The translations under genes were made by a program, and so were the position numbers. The notes under the pieces are model-generated. The model was given only the letters and a program-made list of their open reading frames with translations, was not told the DNA's origin and did no database searches. Positions 17,825-26,143 of a DNA stretch of 64,000 bases are shown here, piece after piece. The number at the start of each line of letters is the position of its first letter. Positions within the stretch are counted from its first letter, which is position 1. Source of the DNA: Nitrospiraceae bacterium (GTDB lineage: Bacteria > Nitrospirota > Thermodesulfovibrionia > UBA6902); NCBI GenBank assembly GCA_003599025.1, contig QZIL01000002.1, positions 1,371 through 65,370 of the forward strand. Reading direction: 5' to 3'.

Positions 17825-18159
17825 GGGTTGCTCCTGTTATATCTATAACTGTAATTACTTTATTCAGGAAAATATTGTAGTAACTCCCTAACCCTGTTGC
17901 CAGGGGCCTGACTTTATTCAGTCATTACACTATAGGTTTCTTGTATCATTAACTGTGTTTGTTATCAAGTAAAATTAATTAATCAGCCTATAAGTAATAG
18001 ACCTAACAGACCTGCAACCCTCCCTTGGTATTTTCTTCCTTTCAGTGTCAGGCCAGCTCTACCGCATATGCCCCTTGACTTAATACACGAGTGTGTTAGG
18101 CTTTTTATAACAGGCTGAGATAAAACTCCGTATATTTATTTTCAGTATCAGGAGATGAC

Positions 18160-19023
18160 ATGAGACCTGAAGGGCTTAAAACAAGGATATTCCTGGATGG
18201 GGGAGACCCGGGTGAGACCCGGGAAGTCCTCGGTCTCCTCGGTTTTCTTGACGGGCAGACAACCAACCCGACCCTTATCGCCAAAAATCCTGACGCTCGC
18301 AGACGCCTGGAACAGGGCGGGAAATTCAGCGCTGAAGAAATATACCGGTTTTATAAAAGTGTCGTCAGAGAAATCTCGGCCTTTATACCGGAAGGGTCTG
18401 TCTCTGTTGAGGTATATGCAGACCGCGATACGACAGCTGAAAAGATGCTCCTTCAGGGCAAAGAGATGTCTTCATGGATTCCTAATGCGCATATCAAATT
18501 CCCCTCGTCAAGGGAAGGTCTGAGGGCTGCTGAACAGGCCGTCAGAGAGGGCCTGAGGGTCAACATGACCCTCTGTTTCACGCAGGAGCAGGCTGCTGCT
18601 GTATACGCAGCAACCCGGAGTGCAGAAAAAGGGACTGTTTTTGTTTCCCCTTTTATCGGCCGTCTTGATGACAGGGGCGAAAACGGCATGGACATCATCT
18701 CAAACATTATAAGGATGTACAGCAGAGGCGACGGGCATGTGGAAGTACTCACTGCAAGTGTCAGGACCTCTGCTCACATGTACTATGCCCTGAAACTTGG
18801 TTCAGATATCATTACAGCCCCCTTCAGGATTCTGAAGGAGTGGGGAGAGCAGGGACTTCGTATCCCCGGTGATGCCTATGAATACAATGCAGGGACTTTA
18901 ATGAAGATCCCCTATAAGGAAATTGCCCTTTCAAAAAAATGGCAGGATTATAACATCTCTCACGACCTGACGGACAAAGGGATTGAAAAGTTCTCAGAGG
19001 ACTGGAATTCACTTATCACATAA
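18160..19023 (+). CDS. Transaldolase-family protein
   Basis: IFLDGGDPGETRE...DGQTTNPTLIAKN...HIKFPSSREGLRAAEQA...GLRVNMTLCFTQEQA...VSPFIGRLDD is the class-I aldolase/transaldolase pattern with the Schiff-base Lys. Confidence 0.8.
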   Translation: MRPEGLKTRIFLDGGDPGETREVLGLLGFLDGQTTNPTLIAKNPDARRRLEQGGKFSAEEIYRFYKSVVREISAFIPEGSVSVEVYADRDTTAEKMLLQGKEMSSWIPNAHIKFPSSREGLRAAEQAVREGLRVNMTLCFTQEQAAAVYAATRSAEKGTVFVSPFIGRLDDRGENGMDIISNIIRMYSRGDGHVEVLTASVRTSAHMYYALKLGSDIITAPFRILKEWGEQGLRIPGDAYEYNAGTLMKIPYKEIALSKKWQDYNISHDLTDKGIEKFSEDWNSLIT

Positions 19024-19085
19024 CGCAGCTGCAGCAGACTTTCCCCTTTCTATGATTTCCAATTACAGACTATGGATTATATTTT

Positions 19086-19430
19086 TCAGACCCCGAGAGG
19101 CTCCCAGGATTTAAACATCAGCACTTCCTCCCCCGGATTCGGAAGCCCCGCTATCTTCCATGCCTGTACAGGATCGAGGAATTTCTCATTTAAACAGTTA
19201 CTGGGCTGGTGTACATTCTTGCAGACAGCACGGAGTATCGGAAAGAAATTGTATTTTTTATAGTATGTCCTGATGAATTTCAGTATATCGATCCTGTCTT
19301 CTGTCAGCTCCTCCACGCCTTCCCTTTCAGCCAGGGCACAGGCCACCTTTTCGTTCCAGTCTTCATAGTTAAGGAGAAAGCCGTCATCGTCTGTAGTGAC
19401 TTTCAGCTTTCCATATTCAAGTGTTTTCAT
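19086..19430 (-). CDS. DsrC/TusE-family protein lacking the C-terminal ..GCV cysteine
   Basis: Start at ATG 19430 (GAGGTGcatt-ATG). DEDGFL..EDWNEKVACALAEREGV.ELTEDRIDILKFIRTYYKKYNFFPILRAVCKNV...KIAGLPNPG is DsrC-like, but it ends EEVLMFKSWEPLGV instead of the canonical P(K/T)GCV. Confidence 0.75.
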   Translation of the reverse strand: MKTLEYGKLKVTTDDDGFLLNYEDWNEKVACALAEREGVEELTEDRIDILKFIRTYYKKYNFFPILRAVCKNVHQPSNCLNEKFLDPVQAWKIAGLPNPGEEVLMFKSWEPLGV

Positions 19431-19561
19431 AATGCACCTCGCTTCATGTCTAATTTTCTTTTTATACAGGCTATACAGAATCATTATCATAAATAAATCC
19501 GGACGTCAAGCGTCCTCTCAAAGGGCGTCATGTCGAATATGTCCGTGACTTCTACACTGCC

Positions 19562-19589
19562 TTGACTTTTTTTCAAAACATGCTAATCT
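19562..19589 (+). promoter_or_regulatory. Candidate sigma-70 promoter for the cytochrome c gene
   Basis: TTGACT (19562-19567), a 16-nt spacer, TAATCT (19584-19589). It sits about 60 nt upstream of the SD AAAGGAGGTGA. Confidence 0.35.
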
Positions 19590-19649
19590 TCCATTTAAGA
19601 TTGAAGTCAGACTGATTGCAGAGCTCTGAGTGAAAGGAGGTGATATCTA

Positions 19650-20075
19650 ATGACAATATTAATGAGAATAATCATATGCATGATAGTTTGTGGATTGCTA
19701 TCTACTGCTGCCTTTGCAGCCCACGAAGGAGATGTGGGATCGGCTGCTTTTTTATCCGGCGACATAGAAAAAGGCATGATGCTTTTTAAGGACACAAAGT
19801 TTGCCGGCGCAACATCCGGGAAGTCTTGCAACTCATGCCATCCCGACGGAAAAGGATTGGAGAAGGCCGCGGACAAAAAAGAGTTTAATATAATGGGTAA
19901 AAAGCAGACTACGCTTGAAGAAGCGGTTAATTTCTGTATTGAGATGGCTATTAAAGGAAAGGCCATTGACACCAGGTCAGACCAGATGACGGATATAGTC
20001 GCTTATATCAAGACATTGAAGGGAAAGAAGATGGAGAAAGAAAAGCCGATGAAGGAAAAAGGAACGGCTTATTAG
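19650..20075 (+). CDS. Secreted mono-haem c-type cytochrome
   Basis: It has a signal peptide MTILMRIIICMIVCGLLSTAAFA, a single CNSCH haem-binding motif, a strong SD and a Lys-rich C-terminal tail. Confidence 0.8.
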   Translation: MTILMRIIICMIVCGLLSTAAFAAHEGDVGSAAFLSGDIEKGMMLFKDTKFAGATSGKSCNSCHPDGKGLEKAADKKEFNIMGKKQTTLEEAVNFCIEMAIKGKAIDTRSDQMTDIVAYIKTLKGKKMEKEKPMKEKGTAY

Positions 20076-20094
20076 GATAATAAAATATGGTCAT

Positions 20095-20122
20095 GGGCGG
20101 CCTCGACAGGCCGCCTTCTTCA
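20095..20122 (+). terminator. GC-rich hairpin after the cytochrome c gene
   Basis: GGCGGCC-tcgaca-GGCCGCC followed by TTCTTC. The T-tract is weak. Confidence 0.35.
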
Positions 20123-20203
20123 CAAATGCAGCTTAAGTCGTTCTGTAGGCTTAATGTTAATTTATACTGATCAGACGGTAATAATAAAAAAGGAGGTGCG
20201 GTC

Positions 20204-20779
20204 ATGAAAGACAAAATCATATGGGAAACCGTCATGAATAATGCCCTGGGCAGGGCGGAGCGTGAAGGCAAATTGATTTTAGTCGATTTTTTCAATCCCG
20301 GATGAATAGGCTGTCAGCAGATGGATGCAGTTACGTATCCAGATCCCAAAGTCGCAAGTTTCATAGATCAGCATTTCATCCCTCTCAGACTTCATCATGA
20401 TGAGAAACCTTATGCGCAGGAGTTCAACATTCACTGGACCCCTAGCATACTCATACTGGATAAAACACGGAGTGAGCACCACCGCACCATGGGCTTTCTG
20501 TCGCCAGATGATTTTATTCCGTCTCTGTATATCGGAATTGCCAAGGCCTCTTTTGACTCCGAAAATATGGACAGGGCGCTGGTATATTTTGATAATTTGC
20601 TTACAGAATATCCAAAGAGCGACTTTGTACCTCAGGGGATATTTCTCAAGGGCGTCACAAGGTTTAAAATCACTCATGAAGCAAAGCTTCTGAGAGAGGC
20701 CTATGAAAAACTGAGTGCAAATTATCCGGCAAGCTACTGGACCAAGAGGGCATATCCGTACAGGCTTATCAGCACATGA
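20204..20779 (+). CDS. Thioredoxin-fold protein (Thioredoxin_7-like N-domain plus helical C-domain) with in-frame TGA read as selenocysteine in a UxxC motif
   Basis: ATG 20204 has an excellent SD (AAAGGAGGTGcggtc). The frame reads ...GKLILVDFFNPG-TGA(20303-20305)-IGCQQMDAVTYPD and continues into track ORF 20321..20779. The TGA occupies the position of the first Cys of the CxxC redox motif. Confidence 0.7.
20322..20341 (+). promoter_or_regulatory. Candidate bacterial SECIS hairpin
   Basis: U-GGAUGC-[AGUUAC]-GUAUCC-A forms 7 bp including one G-U pair, with a GU-containing apical loop. The stem starts 17 nt after the UGA. Confidence 0.45.
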
Positions 20780-20925
20780 AATTGTCTCGCTGTATGACAT
20801 TGCAGCAGAAAGGTATATAACATGTGTCTCCGGCAGTACTGATGGCGTGAAGAACACACTTGTTTTGCAGGGCAACTGCTTATTGTTATGGGCGCGTTAA
20901 TATGTTAACGATGTATTAACGGTAA

Positions 20926-21180
20926 TCAGCTGCCTTTTTCGAAATTCGTTATAAATTCCCCGATCTTGACCCCGAGATGGACACATTTGATATCGTTCAT
21001 GCACTCATCCGCATCGTTTTTATCAAGATATGTCTGTAGCTCATGGGAATTCTTCTTAAACATGATTATAAAAGCATTTTTCTCTTTACTGAAATCCAGC
21101 CCGACAGAGATATTGTGCTTCATTATCTCCGGGTACATTGCCATCACTTTGTCTTTCAACGCAACATTTGTATATCCCAT
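20926..21180 (-). CDS. Hypothetical 84-aa protein
   Basis: Intact ORF MGYTNVALKDKVMAMYPEIMKHNISVGLDFSKEKNAFIIMFKKNSHELQ... located between the selenoprotein and the TrxR-fusion genes. I recognise no family. Confidence 0.45.
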   Translation of the reverse strand: MGYTNVALKDKVMAMYPEIMKHNISVGLDFSKEKNAFIIMFKKNSHELQTYLDKNDADECMNDIKCVHLGVKIGEFITNFEKGS

Positions 21181-21339
21181 ACTTTCCTCCTTTGTTCAGC
21201 ATCGCAGGGTCATGTCCTTCAGCACCATCAAATAAACTTCGTGCCCTGACTTTATACGACCATTATATCAAATATATTTCTCATATCAAGTCCTGTTTTA
21301 CAGATTGCATTGCCGTACTTATCTGATAAAATACACGTT

Positions 21340-22947
21340 ATGGAAGACAAACTGATTTCTGAAGATGTGCGCAATTCACTGAAGAAGGCATTTACCCGTC
21401 TCACTGATACCGTGACTATTGAGGTCTACACACAGGAGGGCATGAATGATTCCTTCAATGAAGCAGCTGAAATCTTCATGAAAGCCATTTCGCAGCTTAC
21501 TGACAGGATAAAAGTCAATTTTTATAAAACCGGAGATAAAGCTGCAGGGCAGCGCGATGTAAAACGGTCTCCGACAATTCTTATTGATCCTGATAAATGC
21601 AAGATACGGTTTACAGGCTCTCCTGCCGGGGAGGAGGCCGCGGCATTTATCATGACCCTGCTCATGGCCTCCACAGGCAGGACATATCTTTCTGACGACT
21701 CACGGAAACGGCTCGATAGACTCAGGGAAAAAAGACTCGTGCGTGTCTTTGTAAGCCCGACATGTCCCTACTGCCCGCAGCAGGTCATATATGCTGTCTC
21801 TGCAGCGATCGAGAAAAAAGAGCTCATCTCAGTCGAGATCATCGAGATTTATGAGAACCCTGACCTCGCGGAAAAATACGGCGCCATGTCTGTGCCGACA
21901 ACCTTTCTGGGTGAAGAACTCATGGCAGCCGGTCTTCAGCCTGAAGACTCATTCATCGAATCAGTTGTTGAGGGAAAGAAGGTTGAATATGTAATGCCGG
22001 TGGGCCGGGAGGAAATGAGGGATTACGACATCGTTGTAGTCGGTGGCGGCCCGGCAGGGCTTACAGCCGCAATATACGGGGAGCGCAGCGGGTTGAAGTG
22101 TATAGTACTTGAAAAGGCAAATGTAGGCGGGCAGATATCTGTTACTCCGGTGGTCGAAAATTATCCGGGTTTTGCCCAGATCGCCGGGAAAACGCTCGTT
22201 GATCTCATGGCAAAACAGACGCTGGAATATTCTGCTCTTCTTCAGGGTGTGGGAGTCAGTGATGTTACAAACAAAGACGGGATACTGGAGGTGAGCACAG
22301 GCAGGGGGACTTACAGGACCAGGGCGCTTATAATAGCAACCGGCGCATACAGCCGGAAGCTGAATATACCGGGGGAGGACAGGCTTGCGGGAAGGGGAGT
22401 AGGCTACTGTGCAACATGCGACGGATATCTCTTCAAGGACGGGAAAGATGTCATTGTTGCCGGTGGGGGTAACAGTGCCCTTACAGATGCCCTGTACCTT
22501 GACAGCCTTGGGGCCCATGTAACGATCGTACACAGGCGAAACGCCTTCAGGGCAGAAGACAGACTTCAGCAGAGCGTATTCCAGAGAAACATACCTGTTG
22601 AATGGGACAGTATCGTTGAGGAAATCACCGGAGAAAAAAAGGTTGAGAAGGTGTCAGTCAGGAACAAAAAGACCGGAAAGAAAAAGAGCCTCTCTGCCCA
22701 GGGGGTTTTTGTTGCCATAGGATACGAACCGAACAACAGCATCGCAAAAAAACTGGACCTTGAGCTGGATAATGAGGGTTACATCAGGGTGGATGCTCAA
22801 ATGAGAACATCCATGCCCTCTGTTTATGCTGCCGGAGACATAACAGGCGGCATAAAGCAGATTGTTACAGCTGTGTCACAGGGCGCAACTGCCGCGCTTA
22901 CGGTATTTGAAGACATCGCAAGTCCCTACTGGAAGAAGGCCCTTTGA
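21340..22947 (+). CDS. Fusion of a glutaredoxin/PDO-like double thioredoxin-fold N-domain (CPYC) with thioredoxin-disulfide reductase (CATC); AhpF-like architecture
   Basis: The N-domain contains VFVSPTCPYCPQQV. The C-domain has DIVVVGGGPAGLTAAIY (FAD), GVGYCATCDGYLF (redox-active CxxC), VIVAGGGNSALTDALYL (NAD(P)H) and AAGDITGG. Start taken at ATG 21340. Confidence 0.85.
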   Translation: MEDKLISEDVRNSLKKAFTRLTDTVTIEVYTQEGMNDSFNEAAEIFMKAISQLTDRIKVNFYKTGDKAAGQRDVKRSPTILIDPDKCKIRFTGSPAGEEAAAFIMTLLMASTGRTYLSDDSRKRLDRLREKRLVRVFVSPTCPYCPQQVIYAVSAAIEKKELISVEIIEIYENPDLAEKYGAMSVPTTFLGEELMAAGLQPEDSFIESVVEGKKVEYVMPVGREEMRDYDIVVVGGGPAGLTAAIYGERSGLKCIVLEKANVGGQISVTPVVENYPGFAQIAGKTLVDLMAKQTLEYSALLQGVGVSDVTNKDGILEVSTGRGTYRTRALIIATGAYSRKLNIPGEDRLAGRGVGYCATCDGYLFKDGKDVIVAGGGNSALTDALYLDSLGAHVTIVHRRNAFRAEDRLQQSVFQRNIPVEWDSIVEEITGEKKVEKVSVRNKKTGKKKSLSAQGVFVAIGYEPNNSIAKKLDLELDNEGYIRVDAQMRTSMPSVYAAGDITGGIKQIVTAVSQGATAALTVFEDIASPYWKKAL

Positions 22948-22984
22948 CCTGTTTTCTGGACGGTCAACTGCTTGTCCCCGTATT

Positions 22985-23404
22985 TTAAGGACCGAGATAA
23001 CCAAGAAACTCCAGTTCCTCAAGCACCCATTCGTCTTCTGACAGCTCACCGCCGTCTACGTGCTGCAAGGCCCTGGCATATTCTTTCAGGAAGCAATATC
23101 CGAGACGTTTCCTGTCAGTGTCGAGTTTCTTTTCCATGTCAGTCACATTGTCCTTCACTGACCACCTGATCCCGAGGTTTCTGATCACGTCCGCAATCAT
23201 CTCTTCCTGTATTTCTGATTGAATTACCATCGTCATATCATTTTCAGACTCAACAACCAGCTTCATCGGCAGATGAGGCTCCCCGAGGGACAAATTGTTC
23301 TCAGCAGCCCACTCCATTATGTCCGGTACATATTTGACATTAAAAACAAGATAATCAAGACTAAGTTTTTCCAGGTCTTTTTTATATTTTTTTAATGAAA
23401 CCAC
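22985..23404 (-). CDS. Hypothetical acidic 139-aa protein
   Basis: Intact ORF with no family recognised. A 7-bp-arm palindrome TTATCAT-aataat-ATGATAA lies about 55 nt upstream of it. Confidence 0.45.
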   Translation of the reverse strand: MVSLKKYKKDLEKLSLDYLVFNVKYVPDIMEWAAENNLSLGEPHLPMKLVVESENDMTMVIQSEIQEEMIADVIRNLGIRWSVKDNVTDMEKKLDTDRKRLGYCFLKEYARALQHVDGGELSEDEWVLEELEFLGYLGP

Positions 23405-23600
23405 TTCTATCCTCCATTTCTGTTGCAGCCATTATAAATTCATTAATATAAAACCCTACCATATTATCATAATAATATGATAAGTTTCATTGTAAAAAGT
23501 AACAGGCAAAAAAATAACCGCTGTAACTGAATTATATCAAACATTCATTCTGCACCCTGAAATAAAGTTGGCCCTGTGGGAATTAGCTCCTGCAGGGCCT

Positions 23601-23632
23601 TAAAAATAAACTCCGGCAAACTCTGTTGCCGG
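23601..23632 (-). terminator. Rho-independent terminator downstream of the toxin-antitoxin cassette
   Basis: On the minus strand, CCGGCAA-cagagt-TTGCCGG is followed by AGTTTATTTTTA. A second 7-bp hairpin GGCCCTG..CAGGGCC lies just beyond it. Confidence 0.6.
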
Positions 23633-23730
23633 GGATAATAGCTGGCTCCGCGGGCGTGAGGCTCAGCAAAACTTTTTGAGCTATATTTTCGCATTTATAA
23701 TGGTTCCCGTACACTTAAAGAATCCGAGAA

Positions 23731-23749
23731 CCGCTTATCGGCTTTGCCG
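23731..23749. repeat. Direct repeat copy 1 (CCGCTTATCGGCTTTGCCG) flanking the TA cassette
   Basis: This is an exact 19-mer also present at 24698-24716. Similarity continues weakly for about 10 nt on the 3' side. Confidence 0.8.
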
Positions 23750-23828
23750 AAAATCCTGAGTATTACAAGGGCATCAAGACATTGTTTAGAAATATATCCT
23801 CTATCCCTGTTTCAGCTTCCTCAGAAAC

Positions 23829-24296
23829 TCAACGAGGATTCCTTCTTTTATCCGATAACTCTTTCTGAACCAATTCAAGCGTTAACAGTTCAACAGATTC
23901 TTTATCAAGTGCCCCCGATCTGAAAGAATCCCATATTATGCCAAGTGTTCCCTTTGGCTTAAGTCCTTTAAATCTAGCAACTGTCCTTGCTTTAGCTTCG
24001 TCAATAAAAACTCTGTCGATATTGTCTCTGACAGCAAGGCTTATAACTGCCCTTTCACCATGCCCCATAAAATTGGGAAGGTCTTTTAAAATTGTGATCT
24101 TATCAGGTTCGATTTTCCGGCTTTTAAGATATCCCATTATCTGTTTTGCATCTTCCTTCTTGTTTTTGAGTCCCCTGATAATTTCAGCTTCAACTTGTGA
24201 AGGGATGCGAAGATTATAATTATTTAGAAGCTTAAGTTTTTGCAGTTTGGCAAGAAAGATCAATGGAGAGGCGTTACATACAATCCTCTCGATCAT
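23829..24296 (-). CDS. DUF3368 (PIN-like) domain protein, putative toxin
   Basis: MIERIVCNASPLIFLAKLQKLKLL...IPSQVEAEI matches the N-terminal pattern of DUF3368 PIN-like nucleases. It is paired with an upstream UPF0175 gene. Confidence 0.75.
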   Translation of the reverse strand: MIERIVCNASPLIFLAKLQKLKLLNNYNLRIPSQVEAEIIRGLKNKKEDAKQIMGYLKSRKIEPDKITILKDLPNFMGHGERAVISLAVRDNIDRVFIDEAKARTVARFKGLKPKGTLGIIWDSFRSGALDKESVELLTLELVQKELSDKRRNPR

Positions 24297-24576
24297 TAAT
24301 TCATATCCTCTGCCAATTCTTCCATTGAGTAATCTATATGAATGTCGGCTTTTTTCAATTTCTCAATCATCTCCCATATATCTATGGAAAGCATCGAAGC
24401 CGCCTTCTGGAGGGTTATTTTGCGGTTCTTATAAAGATTAAGCACATTTGTTTCATTCAATACATTAAGCCCCTGTTCAATGCACGCGGTATCAGTTCTT
24501 CAACTTTTATTCCGTGCACCTTTGAAACCCTCTCGGCTTCTTTATAAAGATTGTCTTTCAGTTTTACCGCTTTCAT
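24296..24576 (-). pseudogene. UPF0175-family antitoxin gene interrupted by a frameshift
   Basis: The reverse-strand ATG at 24576 has a strong SD (GGGAGGTGAATA) and reads MKAVKLKDNLYKEAERVSKVHGIKVEELIPRALNRGLMY-stop (24457). The UPF0175 core LNLYKNRKITLQKAASMLSIDIWEMIEKLKKADIHIDYSMEELAEDMN continues in another frame to 24296, overlapping the toxin ATG. Total length is 281 nt, which is not a multiple of 3. The shift is near AACAGGGGCTTAATG. Confidence 0.65.
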
Positions 24577-24697
24577 TATTCACCTCCCATTTTCCGTTAT
24601 TATATCAGAGATCCCTTAACTCCACAAAAAGTTGTCCTCTCTCTCTACTAATGACATTCACGGTAATGGGGGGCGTGTCCAGTTGAAAAAAATTAGC

Positions 24698-24716
24698 CCG
24701 CTTATCGGCTTTGCCG
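24698..24716. repeat. Direct repeat copy 2 (CCGCTTATCGGCTTTGCCG) flanking the TA cassette
   Basis: Exact match to 23731-23749. It lies between the stop of the DUF4143 ATPase gene and the antitoxin start. Confidence 0.8.
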
Positions 24717-24763
24717 GATTTCTTGACGGTGGCTGAATTCTATAAAAAGGCTGACGCGGAGGA

Positions 24764-25972
24764 CTAAAGCAGTGTTTTAATAAACTGTGTGATATGCATA
24801 TGCCTTATGCCTTTTTCACCGCCTTCGATCATCTTGTCCATCGAGACAACGAATTTGGGGTAATTGTCGGATATCCGGAGCAAATTTCCAAATTCTCTGT
24901 CCCAGGTCTTTTTATCAGGCACAAGGTACGCTACCTGCACATAAAGCTTCTCTCCCTTCTTCTCGCCGACAAAATCGACTTCCCTTGTGCCCATCTGCCC
25001 TACTGTAACTGCATATCCTGATGCCCTGAGATGCATATAAACTATGTTTTCGAGTACCTTGTTAATGTCGGAGAGGCGGTAACTGATAAGTGCATGTCTT
25101 AGCCCGCAGTCCTGGAAATAATATTTATCATTGATCTCAAAAATCCGTTTGCCGCCTATCTCAGAGCGGCGCACCTTAAAGATGAGAAACGCGTCCGATA
25201 AGAAAGAAAGGTAATTGAGAACTATATTGGGTGAGATATTTGTCTTCTGGGATTTAAGAAAATCACTGATCTTCTTTGCAGAAACCAGACTCCCCACATT
25301 ATCCGCTACATACTCTACAAGTCTCTCAAGAAATGCTACGTTTCTAACGCTGTACCTTGCTACTACGTCCTTGAAAAGTATTGTGTTGGTTACGCTCTTC
25401 AGATAATCATAGACAACTTCATCGTTCATCTCCAGATTGATCAGATACGGGAGTCCCCCGTATTTGATATATTTCAAAAGGGAATCTTCGTTATTTTCAA
25501 GTTTGTGGAAAATCAGGAATTCGGGGTATGACAGGCTATAAACCTCAATTTCTACATATCTGCCCGATAAATAAGTTGCCAGCTCTCCAGAGAGAAGATC
25601 GGCATTGCTTCCGGTACAGTAAATATCATATCCACCGCTTGCCTGAAGGTCCCTCAGTGCCTTTTCAAACTGAGAAATACCCTGAATTTCATCTATAAAA
25701 AGGAAGAGCTTCTTCTTCCCTTTGGCTGACTGCTTAACATAGCGCAGCAGGTCCCGGTAATCCCGGATAGCTTCAAATTCATGCAGCTCCTTGTTGATAT
25801 AGAGGATATTGTTCTTTTTAATCCCCTGCCCGAAAAGCTCATCCATGATTTGAAGCAGCAGATAACTTTTCCCTACCCTCCTCTGACCCACAAGGACTTT
25901 GATTACGTCCTTATTCATGAAGGGTCTTATCCGCTCAAGATAATATGTCCGCTTAATATTCTTTTTATTCAT
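24764..25972 (-). CDS. AAA+ ATPase of the AAA_14/DUF4143 family
   Basis: YLERIRPFMNKDVIKVLVGQRRVGKSYLL (Walker A), LFLFIDEIQ (Walker B) and a C-terminal DUF4143-like region are present. Confidence 0.8.
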   Translation of the reverse strand: MNKKNIKRTYYLERIRPFMNKDVIKVLVGQRRVGKSYLLLQIMDELFGQGIKKNNILYINKELHEFEAIRDYRDLLRYVKQSAKGKKKLFLFIDEIQGISQFEKALRDLQASGGYDIYCTGSNADLLSGELATYLSGRYVEIEVYSLSYPEFLIFHKLENNEDSLLKYIKYGGLPYLINLEMNDEVVYDYLKSVTNTILFKDVVARYSVRNVAFLERLVEYVADNVGSLVSAKKISDFLKSQKTNISPNIVLNYLSFLSDAFLIFKVRRSEIGGKRIFEINDKYYFQDCGLRHALISYRLSDINKVLENIVYMHLRASGYAVTVGQMGTREVDFVGEKKGEKLYVQVAYLVPDKKTWDREFGNLLRISDNYPKFVVSMDKMIEGGEKGIRHMHITQFIKTLL

Positions 25973-26143
25973 GATTAAAACTCTTGCATTATTGTCTAAT
26001 AGTTTTAATTGTACTTAAAACTCATAATTTGAGCAACAAGGATTGTGCGATAATTAAGCCGGACGAAAAATATCATCCATTTCCCACAGAGTGTTCCCCA
26101 GGAGACACCCAGGACGGAAAGAATGACATGATGAGATTTATAG

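Noticed and set aside
19086-19150. A frameshift that might restore a canonical DsrC ..GCV terminus
   Set aside because: The alternative frames give ..RGRKC-stop or unrelated sequence, and none reproduces P-x-G-C-V. The variant C-terminus is therefore taken at face value.
20279-20875. A 198-aa ORF on the minus strand
   Set aside because: It is antisense to the thioredoxin-fold selenoprotein gene and has no family resemblance or RBS. The plus-strand gene explains the region.
23404-23829. A 425-nt hairpin-rich intergenic region examined for a tRNA, tmRNA or other structured RNA
   Set aside because: There is no T-loop or acceptor pattern. The two strongest hairpins are explained as minus-strand terminators of the TA cassette, and the rest are short (4-5 bp) stems.
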